DNA of 64,000 nucleotides from Gloeobacterales cyanobacterium. Its GTDB lineage: Bacteria > Cyanobacteriota > Cyanobacteriia > Gloeobacterales > PMM-0068. The position numbers and the translations under genes were made by a program. Positions 8,734 through 19,300 of this stretch are shown one piece after another. Under the pieces are notes generated by a model. The model was not told where the DNA came from. It worked only from the letters and a program-made list of their open reading frames with translations, and made no database searches. The first letter of the stretch is position 1. Every line of letters starts with the position of its first letter. The stretch covers positions 1-64,000 of the forward strand of contig JBBRSB010000025.1 of the NCBI GenBank assembly GCA_038245785.1. The letters run 5' to 3'.

Positions 8734-10720
8734 TCACACCTTAGAATCATAACTTCTATAGATATCGAGATTCGGAAACGTTGGGCTGCCTGGAGTCCAA
8801 AATTCTACGCTATCCGCGTGTAATTCATAGAAATCGCGGTCCACCGTTATGCGGACTGCGTTAGGTAGATATCCATCAACTAGACGGTAAGGATTACCGT
8901 CTAGTTGAACAGCCTCAGTGCCAAGCGGCAATAATATTGGCCGATCGAGAATCGCGCGAAGATCGGATAGTGTGATTGCCGGATCGGGGCGAACCGGTAA
9001 TTCGAGATCTTCATCCGCGAAGTCGTCAAGATTAAGGGCTAAGCCATCCTCATCTGAAATTGCATTATCAACCGCTTGCAACGCGTCATCACGCTTCACG
9101 TCAGGCGCACTAGACTTTGATAGCACCGATTTTTCGATGAGCTGCGGCAACCGAGTGAGGATTGGCTGAAGGCCGCCCACCACCTTCTCAAAAATTGAAA
9201 TGCGACTGCGGAGCACACGATAGATGTCAGCCTCAACAGTGTCTTCGTAGTGCAGATTAATAATCCGAATATCGGCGAACCGTTGGCCGAGGCGATCGAT
9301 GCGTCCGATCCGTTGTTCGACACGCATCGGGTTCCAGGGCATGTCGTAGTTCACTAAAGCGCCGCAGAACTGGAAGTTCAATCCTTCGGCTGCCGCGTCA
9401 GTGCAAACCAGAACTTCGGAACGCCCTTCCTTGAAGCGCCGTTTGACCTCGTCGCGCGTGATCAACGTCCAAGTGCCGTCGGTGTTGTGTACCTCTCCGC
9501 CACGTCCGGAAAAACACATCACTGAGTTTCCTGCGCCAACGAGTTGATCACGTAAGTAGTCCATGGTATCCGTAAACTGGGTGAATACCATCACCTGCGG
9601 ATAGCCACTTCCTTTGATCTCATACAGAACCCTCGAAAGCTCTACCGCCTTGCTGTCGGTAGGCAGGCGCTTAATTTCGTCCACGATGGTTCCGATCGTA
9701 CTGATCTCTTCAAATGCAAGGGCACGGCGCTCATATTCTGACACTGTTTCGATGTCAATTTCTTCGCCAGCCTCGACTTGGTCGGCCACGTTTTCATCGA
9801 CGCTAGCTTCATCGGCTGCGGTGAACAGTCCATCCACTCCACCCTTACGCTTCTCCAAAGTTTGTCGAAGGGCATGAAAGCTAGAAGCGAGGCGGCGGCG
9901 ATAGATCGTCATCACGAAGCCAACTGCGTTGCGCGCATCTGGCGTCGCCGCGTTGTAGGTTTGAGAGATGTAAGTTTCAACTTGTTGATAAAGATCACCT
10001 TCCTCTGGGGAAAGGGGAATGAACCGATCTTCGACTTGGCGCGACGCAACTGCTGTCGATAACTTGCCAGCCTTAAAATATTTGCGTAAAAGTTCGCGCG
10101 TGTGACGTGATACAAGAGCACGGACCGGCGTGCATCGTTTAATGATTACAATTGCGGCTCGCCGCTCATCCAGCGATAGCTGCCGTCTCGGGATTGAAAC
10201 AGGTTCCCTGAGCGCTTGAAGAACCTTCCGCGTCTTCAAGCCGCTAAGCTTGGTCTGTCTTTCTGCATCGCTCCTCGAAGTCTCACCGTATTGAGCTTCG
10301 TTGGCTCGAAAAAGCGTTGACAGCCAATCGAGACCCTCATTTGTAATAGTTTCTTTTGCTACTTCGGAGAAGAAGCGAATGAACGCATCCGACGTCCACG
10401 CGGCAGGTAGACCCAACAGGTCAAGAAGGTCCCACAGTTCAGTAGCGTGAACTTGTAGCGGCGTCGCGGTCAGAAGGATCAACCCGTCGGTTCGGCGTTT
10501 TAAGGATCTCATCAACTGGAGGAGCCGGTTCGGCCCCTTAGCCTGAGGCGTACCTGCGCCTCTTGTTCTCGCGTGATGAGCCTCATCCAGAACAATAAGA
10601 TCCCAGGGATCGGCGGCATCCAGTACTTCTCCCTGACGGTCCTGTCGGCGGGCAAGATGGCTCGACATTATAACGAAAGGCTCACGATGCCATGCGTCGC
10701 GCGATACCGGCCGTTCGAAA
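8734..10720 (-). pseudogene. 5'-truncated SNF2/HepA-family helicase
   Basis: DEAHH, LLTATP, EGLNFQ and EQRIGRIDR are present but Walker A is missing; the open frame runs upstream to about 10720, where a Tn3-type IR begins. Confidence 0.85.
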
Positions 10721-10722
10721 TT

Positions 10723-11023
10723 GGGGTTTTTTGTACAAACCCTCGAAAAGGGGGATTAAGGAATTAACTGGTGAATGGTACTTCCCTTTCTAACTAGTAT
10801 TCGATCGATGAAAGCTATACTAGGCGAAGAGTATCACTATTTCTTAGATGAGCTGAGAATTGTATTTTGAGATATGTAAAGAGACATAATTCAGGCGAGT
10901 CTCAACTTGTCTACTTTTTGAGACGGTTTTTGTAAGAAGCTTTACTGGCAGGGGATTGAAAGTAATAATTGCCAATCGCATTTTTGCTAAGACCCCTTTT
11001 CGAGGAGTCTTACAAATAACCCC
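10723..11023. mobile_element. Non-autonomous Tn3-like mini-element (301 bp)
   Basis: 38-bp GGGG...TAAG left end, and an inverted copy (29/38) ending at 11023; no transposase and no perfect 5-bp TSD. Confidence 0.7.
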
Positions 11024-11045
11024 AACTAGCAGGTCGGCCATTACT

Positions 11046-11924
11046 CTAAGGTTTAGGGTGCTTCTGTTGCCATTCCCGCGCCAGCCTTTGCCCCTCGTCT
11101 CTCTGCGGAAAGTTCATCTCTTTCTCTAATGAGTCAAGAGACTTCCGGGCAACTTCGTCGTTGTCCTGGGCGGCGGCCAGCGAGAGCCACATATAGGCTT
11201 GCACATTATCCTGCGCTACGCCTTGACCAAAGTAATACATCACGCCGAGCATGCCTTGCGCACTTGCAAGCCCTTGCTCTGCGGCTTTGCGATACCATTT
11301 CATCGCCTCGACATAGTTTCGCGCTACACCTTTGCCCTCGTAATACATTCCGCCAAGACCTTTTTGCGCTATGAGATATCCCTGCTCTGCCGCCTTGCGA
11401 TACCATTTCACTGCCTCGACATAGTTACGCGCTACGCCTTCGCCCTCGTAATACATTCCGCCGAGGTGTGCTTGGGCCAATTGAGCTAATTCATTCCTCT
11501 GCTCTGCCGCCTTGCGATACCATTTCATCGCCTCGACATAGTTTCGCGTTACGCCTTGACCCTTGTAATACATTGAGCCGAGCTGGAATTGAACCAATTC
11601 ATTCCCCTGCTCTGCCGCCTTGCGATACCATTTCATCGCCTCGACATAGTTTCGCGCTACACCTTGGCCATCATAATACATATTGCCGAGTTTAAATTGA
11701 GCCTCTGCATACCCCTGCTCTGCTGCCTTGCGATACCATTTCATCGCCTCGACATAATCGTCTTCGCGTAGGTCATACATCAAGCCAAGATTGTATTGAG
11801 TAACTGCATCACCCTGTTCAGCGGCCTGCTGGGTTGTTGTAGAATCTGTTGGCGCAGCAGGGCAGGGCATTGTCAAGAGCAGCATTAATCCGGCAGTAAT
11901 CCAGAAATGGTTTTTTTGGCGCAT
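11046..11924 (-). CDS. Secreted Sel1-repeat protein
   Basis: Signal peptide plus about six AQ..LG.MY..G.GVARNYVEAMKWYRKAAEQG repeats (period about 108 nt). Confidence 0.93.
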   Translation of the reverse strand: MRQKNHFWITAGLMLLLTMPCPAAPTDSTTTQQAAEQGDAVTQYNLGLMYDLREDDYVEAMKWYRKAAEQGYAEAQFKLGNMYYDGQGVARNYVEAMKWYRKAAEQGNELVQFQLGSMYYKGQGVTRNYVEAMKWYRKAAEQRNELAQLAQAHLGGMYYEGEGVARNYVEAVKWYRKAAEQGYLIAQKGLGGMYYEGKGVARNYVEAMKWYRKAAEQGLASAQGMLGVMYYFGQGVAQDNVQAYMWLSLAAAQDNDEVARKSLDSLEKEMNFPQRDEGQRLAREWQQKHPKP

Positions 11925-12125
11925 GGCTGAACACTCCTTTTCCTTTCCTCTGTGAACCGCTTTAGAAGCGTCAGGAAGGGATTTTAGTCTTTTGGATAGG
12001 GATAGATAGCCTGTTCAGGTTTTAGCGCGTTCTAGAAGCCTCACTCTTCTCCGCCAAGCCCTTTGTAGCTCTCTTTTTAAGTATGCCCATTACAAGGCCC
12101 AATGGTAGCGAAACTTGTATCAGCG

Positions 12126-12171
12126 CAGCCCTGCTTAAGGAGAGATAAGTGGGGTTAACCATGCTTGAACG
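12126..12171 (+). repeat. dif-like repeat, copy 2
   Basis: Core AAGGAGAGATAA-GTGGGG-TTAACCATGCTT at 12137-12166. Confidence 0.8.
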
Positions 12172-12249
12172 CAAGGTGCCTAGAGAGGTGAAAGCCTGGA
12201 TAGACTGTTAGGAGCTGCTATAATTCCCCTATTTATTTGGTATGTCTAT

Positions 12250-12576
12250 ATGGATCTTTTTGATGGATATTATGCAACTCCTGATAGAGGTGAATTTGTA
12301 GTTGGTGTTACTGTCACTTATCACACTCGAAGACTTAAAGACCTCCACCACAATGGCCGTCCTGCCGTGCTCCTTGTTATGTACGTTACTCCTGACTATA
12401 AGGATGGTCCTGGCTATGTTGAGACTGGGCGCATACGTTTTACTGATGCTTTAGGTGGTGCTCGCAAAGTAAGACTTAAGGATATCGTTGCAGATTCTTC
12501 AACGGCTAATCGTAAGCTCGTTAGGCAGTGGACAGCTAAAAACAGACCGCGTTCAAAACGTCCTAATCCTTCTTAG
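12250..12576 (+). CDS. Hypothetical protein with a strong T-ending codon bias
   Basis: 108-aa ORF between direct repeats; TATAAT upstream. Confidence 0.55.
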   Translation: MDLFDGYYATPDRGEFVVGVTVTYHTRRLKDLHHNGRPAVLLVMYVTPDYKDGPGYVETGRIRFTDALGGARKVRLKDIVADSSTANRKLVRQWTAKNRPRSKRPNPS

Positions 12577-12679
12577 CCTCATTCACTTGGCGAGTGACAT
12601 CGAAACGGGTCCTCAATGGTTACTTTTTTCGTGCAACTAGCAAAAGCCCCTCTCAAAAAGTCCGTGCGAAGCGACCTCA

Positions 12680-12764
12680 AGCGCGACCGTCCGGTATTCA
12701 CTATCGGATTAGCCTCTACCGATTGGCGCGAGGGTAGGACAGAAGGCTACGCCGTGGGGACCCG
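12680..12764 (+). repeat. 85-bp dispersed repeat, copy 2
   Basis: Matches 3476-3560. Confidence 0.85.
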
Positions 12765-12801
12765 CTAATTACCGGCCCAAGAAGAGTTTCAATACCTCGC
12801 T

Positions 12802-12847
12802 CAGCCCTGTTTAAGGAGGGATAAGTGGGGTTAACCATGCTTGAACG
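12802..12847 (+). repeat. dif-like repeat, copy 3
   Basis: Core AAGGAGGGATAA-GTGGGG-TTAACCATGCTT at 12813-12842, 676 bp after copy 2. Confidence 0.8.
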
Positions 12848-13484
12848 AAGCTTGGCTCAAGAGTGAAGTCTTACACCATGAAAGTCATTGTAATCGCTTC
12901 ATATAAGGTACTCAAATCAACAACCCAATCGCAGCAAGCTGCGGGGTATGCGCAGTCGTTTCTAGATCAAAAAGAACTGGGAAGGTAGCTCTTCTAGCCG
13001 ATTTTAAGTGTGAATCAAAGATAAGAAAAAGAGCAAAATAAAGTGTAAGCGTCCACAGAATTTAAACTATGCAAACCCATTTAAAGTATTTCTCTATACA
13101 TGGAAATTCATCAAATCTTTATAAAAACAGTATTCGCAACATGCTAACTTTACCGACTACCTATATCTAAGCTCCACACGATTTCGGAAGGTTGAAATTT
13201 AGCTCCTCCATAAGATTTTCACTTGTTCATTTCGTAATCAAACTTCAGAATTTTTATTTAAACCGAGCGATTAGAAAATACACTTCATCTCATTAACCGT
13301 ACACAAAGGAGATCACTAGATTACCAGACCCATTTTAAGGTATTCTATCCACATCTATCAGACACTGATGCACTTCAAATTTGAATCGGTGGCTGCTCGA
13401 TAGGTTGCTGGTTCAGATGGCTGATCACGGTTCAAATTTGCTCGATTCAGTATTTTGCGTCCGATATTCAAAGTTGATTTTAGA

Positions 13485-16352
13485 ATGAAAATACTTGCGC
13501 CTGGTGCCAGAATTGTTGTTCGAGATGCGGAATGGTTGGTTAAATCTACGTCACAATCATCAGATCGCGGTCGAGTTATTGAAGCAGTTGGTATTTCGGA
13601 GTTTATTCGAGGGAGAGTAGCTCGATTTATTGAAGAACTGGAAGAAGATCTTCTGGTTCTGCAACCGGAAGAGACTGAACTAATTGCCGAAGGGTCTTCG
13701 AGTTATGCCCACAGCCTACTGTTTCTTGAGGCTAACCTTAGACAGACGATTCCAGATGATCCATGCATTTATATAGGTCAAAAGGCTGCGATGGATACTT
13801 TGGGGTATCAGCTGTGGCCAACCTACAAAGCTTTGCAGATTCCGCGACAACGGATTCTAATTGCCGACGCGGTGGGTTTAGGCAAAACATTAGAATGCGG
13901 CATTTTAGTTTCGGAATTAATTCGTCGTGGGCGAGGCCGACGGATTTTGGTTATAACGACCAAATCGATGATGGTGCAGTTCCAGAAGGAGTTTTGGTTT
14001 CGATTTACGATCCCCTTGGTGCGACTGGATTCGGTTGGGATCCAGCGAATTCGATCCCGTGTTCCTGGGAATCATAATCCCTTTCATTACTATGACCGAG
14101 CCATCATTTCGGTCGATACGCTTAAACAAGACCGGGAGTATCGCACCTATCTTGAACAGGCACACTGGGACATCATTGTCATTGACGAGGCTCATAATGT
14201 TGCCCGTCGTGGTAAAGGTCAAGGTGCATCGCAAAGGGCAAAACTTGCCGAGCGTTTATCCAATCGATCCGATACGCTGATTCTGCTATCGGCAACGCCC
14301 CATGATGGAAAACCCGAAAGCTTTGCCAGCTTGATGAACATGCTGGATCCTACAGCGATCGCCGACGAGTCTAGTTACACGAAAGACGACATTCAGAATC
14401 TCTATGTACGTCGATTTAAGAAGGATGTATTGCAGGACTTAAGGAATCATGTCCTCGAACGCAATATCGAATCCTTGGAGTCTTGGGCATCAACAGCGGA
14501 AGAACGGGTGTTTGAATCCCTGAACGAGCTAAAACTCCAGAGCGATACTCAGCGTAAGGCAGGACAGCTTTTCAAAACCACGTTACTCAAGGCCATGTTA
14601 TCGAGTCCTGGCGCATGTCTAGAGACGGTACAGAACCGTCTGAAACGATTACGGCGAGAATCCTCGATTGCAGATCACGCTGACGTTGCGGAACTTGAAA
14701 CACTGAAGCATGCCCTTGAGCACGTGGACGTACTCAGTTTCAGCAAGTATCAGCGATTGCTCCAACTAATTCGTAAAGACTTTGGCTGGACGGGGAAAGA
14801 CCCTAAGGATCGGTTGGTAATTTTTACAGGGCGGCTAGAAACCCTACGCTTTCTCAAAAAGCGCTTGGCGGAAGATCTAATGTTGAAACCAGAAGCGCTT
14901 GGCGTACTGGATGGCGGGCTACCGGATGTAGAACAAAATCGCATCGTCGAAGAATTCGGACAGGAAACGGCAAGAGTACGGATTTTGCTTGCAACGGAAG
15001 TCGCTTCAGAAGGGTTGAACCTTCACTACTTAAGCCATAAATTGATTCACTTCGATATTCCGTGGTCTTTAATGACGTTGCAACAGCGTAATGGTCGAAT
15101 TGATCGTTACGGTCAAACGCATCAGCCTGAGATCCGCTATATGCTGACTCGTTCTCGCTTGGAACGGATGGATGAAGTAGAGCGGATCGTTAAAGTTCTT
15201 CTGAACAAAGACGAACAAGCAATTAAGAATATCGGGGATCCCTCCGTGTTTATGGGGGTCTTTGACGCAGAGGCTGAAGAGGCGTTAACGGCAACAATCA
15301 TCGAGACTGGTGTATCGGCGGAGTCGTTCTCCGAGCAACTGGATGCGAATGCGGAAACCGGGGGTGGATTCGACATTTTTTCTTTGTTTGAAAATCCGGA
15401 TGAGACTGATGCTGGTTCGGCGGAGATGGAACCCTCCGAAAAAGGGGAGGAAGGGAAATTGCTCAGCCTGTATCCTTCGACCTTCTCATTCGCTGTGGCG
15501 GCACTGCAAGCCTTAGAAAATCCGCCCCCTAACTTGAGGGTGCAAGAAGCAGAGCGTTTTATTGAACTTCAGCTACCTGCTGAGTTGGAACCTCGCTACG
15601 ATCGCTTACCTCGCGAAATTAGGCCAAGGGACGATCAGCTTTTGCAGCTCACAGATCGACCATTCGAGATTATGAAAGCGATGGAGGAAGCGCGGCGGCA
15701 GGAGACGAGCTGGCCTCAGAAACAATACCTATGGGATTTACATCCGCTGGTGGAATGGCTGAGCGATCGCTGTCTGTTTCGATTTGGTCGACATCAAGCT
15801 CCCGTATTGCAGCTTCAGGACCGTATTGGTCCGCAGGAAGCGGTGTTTATCTTGTTTGGAAGTTTTCCGAATCGGCGCGGGTCGCCCGTGATTAACCGTT
15901 GGGTATCGGCAGTGTTTACAAGAGATAAATTTCAGCGCATAGAGCAGTTTGAAGGAACGTGCCAACGAACTGGCCTAGGGCAGCAGCCCATCCCAAATCC
16001 AGGGGCGGCAGCCGTTCGGCTTGAGCCATTACGATCGTTGCGCTCTGAGGCAGTGACACAAGCCCGAAATTATTTAATTAAGGAGCGGGTTGCGTTTGAA
16101 GCAAAACTGACTCCACAGTTGCAGCAGCAACGCGAGCGCCTGGAACGCTTGAAAGGGAGACACTTTGAACAGATGGAATTCCGCTTTGAAACCGATAGCC
16201 GTTCGGTTGACATCAAGGCGCAGCGACGACAGAAAGAACTGAATCGCATTGAGAGAATCTTCCAGGACTATGAAAGCTGGGTCGAATTGTCGATGACGAC
16301 GGAAGCAGAACCCTATATAAAGTTGATTGCTGTTTTGCAGGGAGAAGGCTAA
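13485..16352 (+). CDS. SNF2-family helicase (DrmD-like)
   Basis: IADAVGLGKT, VIDEAH, LSATP, EGLNL and QRNGRIDRYGQ motifs. Confidence 0.9.
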   Translation: MKILAPGARIVVRDAEWLVKSTSQSSDRGRVIEAVGISEFIRGRVARFIEELEEDLLVLQPEETELIAEGSSSYAHSLLFLEANLRQTIPDDPCIYIGQKAAMDTLGYQLWPTYKALQIPRQRILIADAVGLGKTLECGILVSELIRRGRGRRILVITTKSMMVQFQKEFWFRFTIPLVRLDSVGIQRIRSRVPGNHNPFHYYDRAIISVDTLKQDREYRTYLEQAHWDIIVIDEAHNVARRGKGQGASQRAKLAERLSNRSDTLILLSATPHDGKPESFASLMNMLDPTAIADESSYTKDDIQNLYVRRFKKDVLQDLRNHVLERNIESLESWASTAEERVFESLNELKLQSDTQRKAGQLFKTTLLKAMLSSPGACLETVQNRLKRLRRESSIADHADVAELETLKHALEHVDVLSFSKYQRLLQLIRKDFGWTGKDPKDRLVIFTGRLETLRFLKKRLAEDLMLKPEALGVLDGGLPDVEQNRIVEEFGQETARVRILLATEVASEGLNLHYLSHKLIHFDIPWSLMTLQQRNGRIDRYGQTHQPEIRYMLTRSRLERMDEVERIVKVLLNKDEQAIKNIGDPSVFMGVFDAEAEEALTATIIETGVSAESFSEQLDANAETGGGFDIFSLFENPDETDAGSAEMEPSEKGEEGKLLSLYPSTFSFAVAALQALENPPPNLRVQEAERFIELQLPAELEPRYDRLPREIRPRDDQLLQLTDRPFEIMKAMEEARRQETSWPQKQYLWDLHPLVEWLSDRCLFRFGRHQAPVLQLQDRIGPQEAVFILFGSFPNRRGSPVINRWVSAVFTRDKFQRIEQFEGTCQRTGLGQQPIPNPGAAAVRLEPLRSLRSEAVTQARNYLIKERVAFEAKLTPQLQQQRERLERLKGRHFEQMEFRFETDSRSVDIKAQRRQKELNRIERIFQDYESWVELSMTTEAEPYIKLIAVLQGEG

Positions 16353-19300
16353 TGGCACTGGTTGGAATCGCGAATGAAAATGAATTCTATTCGGCTCACT
16401 ACCTGGATGCCATTCTCAAGGAAGATTTGAAGGGCGTAGCAAAGCATTGGCAAGAGGCTACGACCGCTGAAAAAACGCCGGATCAGCTATTGGGGAGTCT
16501 GCGTCAGTGCTATTTTCGATTACGCGACCGCCTGGGGCGTACCAAAGAACCGGATGAGAATCTGGCGCTGCAACGGGAATTTTTCCAGAGTGTGCTAGAG
16601 ATTTTAGGGTATCAGTGGAAGCCCAAACTCATAGTGTTACAGGATGATGGTCTTCTACCGATTGTGGCAGAGGTGAGCCGTAGTAATGAGATACCGCTCC
16701 TGTGGATTTTAGAAGGCTTTAATGGGACGGATGAACCATCAGATGTGCTTTCACTGACCTTAGACCCGGTTCAATTTCCTCAAGGGGCAACGGGAGATGT
16801 ATCCGTGTCGGAGGGAATTGCAGCCATTCAAGGGCAAACCCTTGAGGAAATTTTGAGCGATCGCGTGTTTGCGGAGGACAATCCGCCTCGCTGGGTGATT
16901 CTGCTGAGTGTGGACCAGATTGTTTTGGTTGATCGTCACAAATGGAGCGCATCGCGGCTGTTGCGGTTTGACCTGCAGGAGCTGTTGAGAGAGAAAGATT
17001 CGGATGCTTTGTTGGCAGCGGCAAAGTTGTTGCATCGGGAGCATACCTGCCCTGCAGAGGGGAGTTCGCTACTGGATGAATTGGATGAAAAAAGTCATCG
17101 CCATACATACAGCGTTTCGGAGGACTTGAAATTTGCCCTACGGGAAGCGATCGAGTTACTGGGAAATGAGGCACTATACTATCGCCGCACGGTAAGTAAG
17201 CTGCGGGTATTTTCCACGGATGTGCAACTAGAGCGAGGGGAACGGGAGATTGACCCCAACCAGCTCAAGGTGGAGTGTCTGCGCTGGGTCTATCGATTGT
17301 TGTTTGTCTTTTATATTGAGGCGCGGCCTGAGTTGGGCTATGCGCCGCTGAAGTCGGATGTATACCGCGAGGGCTATAGTCTGGAGTCTTTGCGGGATTT
17401 GGAGCAGGCTGAACTGCTGACCAGTGTGGATGAAAATGGCAACTTTATTGATGCCAGTATCCGGCGACTGTTCAAGCTGCTTTGGGAGGGCTACCCTAGC
17501 GAAAGCTCAATGCAGTTAGATTTGCAAAGCAGCAAGGAAACGGCGATTCACAACACATTTCGGTTGCCTGCCCTGAAGAGTCATTTATTTGACCCTGCCC
17601 GCACTGCAATGCTGAATGGAGTGAAATTTAGAAATACTACGCTACGTCGGGTGTTGGAGTTGATGTCTCTATCCCGTGGTGAGGGGAAACAGCGCCGGGG
17701 ACGGATTAGTTATGCCCAGCTAGGAGTAAACCAGTTGGGAGAGGTCTACGAGGGGTTACTGAGTCTTTCGGCTTTTTTGGCTGAGGAAGACCTTTACGAG
17801 GTGCAAGCGGTTAAGCAGACCACAGAAGCGACCAGTGACTTAGACGAAAATATTGAAGTCTCAAAAAAGTCGAAAAAACAAAATAATCATAATGAACTAA
17901 AAGTTGGATATTTTGTTACGGCTTCTCAATTAAATGAGTACGAACCAGAAGAGTGGGTACTTGATCCTAAGACTAAGAAACCGCGTAAGCATGAGAAAGG
18001 AAAGTTTCTATTTCGTTTAAAGGGCCGAGATCGGCAAAAGAGCGCAAGTTACTATACGCCTCAGTCCCTGACGGAATGTTTGGTGAAGTATGCCCTTAAG
18101 GAACTTTTGCAGGACAAAACTGCCGACGACATTTTGAAGCTTACGGTGTGCGAACCCGCGATGGGTAGTGCGGCGTTTTTGAATGAGGTGGTGGATCAGC
18201 TTGCGGATGCATATCTGGAGCGCAAGCAGGATGAGTTGGAGGAACGGATTCCCCATGAACGGATCACCATCGAGAAGCAAAAGGTAAAGATGCTGTTGGC
18301 GGATCGCAATGTATTTGGCATCGACAAGAACCCGATTGCTATGGAGTTGGCGGAGGTTTCGCTATGGCTAAACTCGATCTATGGCGACCCAGATAATCCA
18401 TCGCGGGTGTTTGTGCCGTGGTTTGGATTGCAGTTGAATTGCGGGAATTCATTGATTGGGGCACGGCGGCAGGTATATCGTCTCAAAAATGTGACGGGTG
18501 GCAATAAGGGGGTGGCGAAGTGGCATGAGTTTGCACCGGAGCGGGTCCCACTAGGGCAGGCATTACCGGAAGATGGAATTTTTCACTTTTTGCTGGGCGA
18601 TCCGGGGATGGCGAATTACGCCGATAAGGTAGTCAAGGCGATGCAGCCGGAGGCGATTAAGCTCATCCAGGAATGGCAGAAGGAGTTTGCTAAGGCCGAG
18701 CTAACGAAAGAACAGGCTGAGTATGTGCTGCGCTTAAGTCGGCGGATTGAGGACTTATGGGAGAGCTACGCGCGGGAACTGGCTCAGATTCGCCAGCGCA
18801 CGACTGATCCATTAACGGTCTGGGGACAAGATCGAGACGGTGGCAAGGGTGATTTTGTCTCTCGTGACGATACGCCCTTGGAACAAAAGGACAAGATTTA
18901 TGAGCAGGAAAAGCTCTCGAAAGGGGTGCAGAATGCGGGAGCCTATCGGCGGCTGAAGTTGGTGATGGATTACTGGTGTGCTTTGTGGTTTTGGCCTATT
19001 GCTGAGGCGGAAGAGTTGCCTAGTCGAGAGCAGTTTTTGCAGGAAGTGGGGGCGATTTTAGGAGAGACGGAAATGTTGGCTCCTGCAATACAGCAATTGG
19101 TCTGTTTTCCTGAAACCCAAGCGGTTGAGAAGGGAACGCTATTTTTGAATACTTGGGGCTATGTAGACTTAGAAAAATTGAAGCGGTTTTACCCACGGTT
19201 GAGTTTGGTAGAAAAGCTGGGTGAGCAGCATCGGTTTTTCCATTGGGAGTTGGAATTTGCCGATTTGTTCCTAGAAAATGGCGGTTTTGACTTGATGGTG

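Noticed and set aside
11200..11760. Tandem ~108-bp repeats as a non-coding array
   Set aside because: Fully explained by the Sel1 protein repeats on the minus strand
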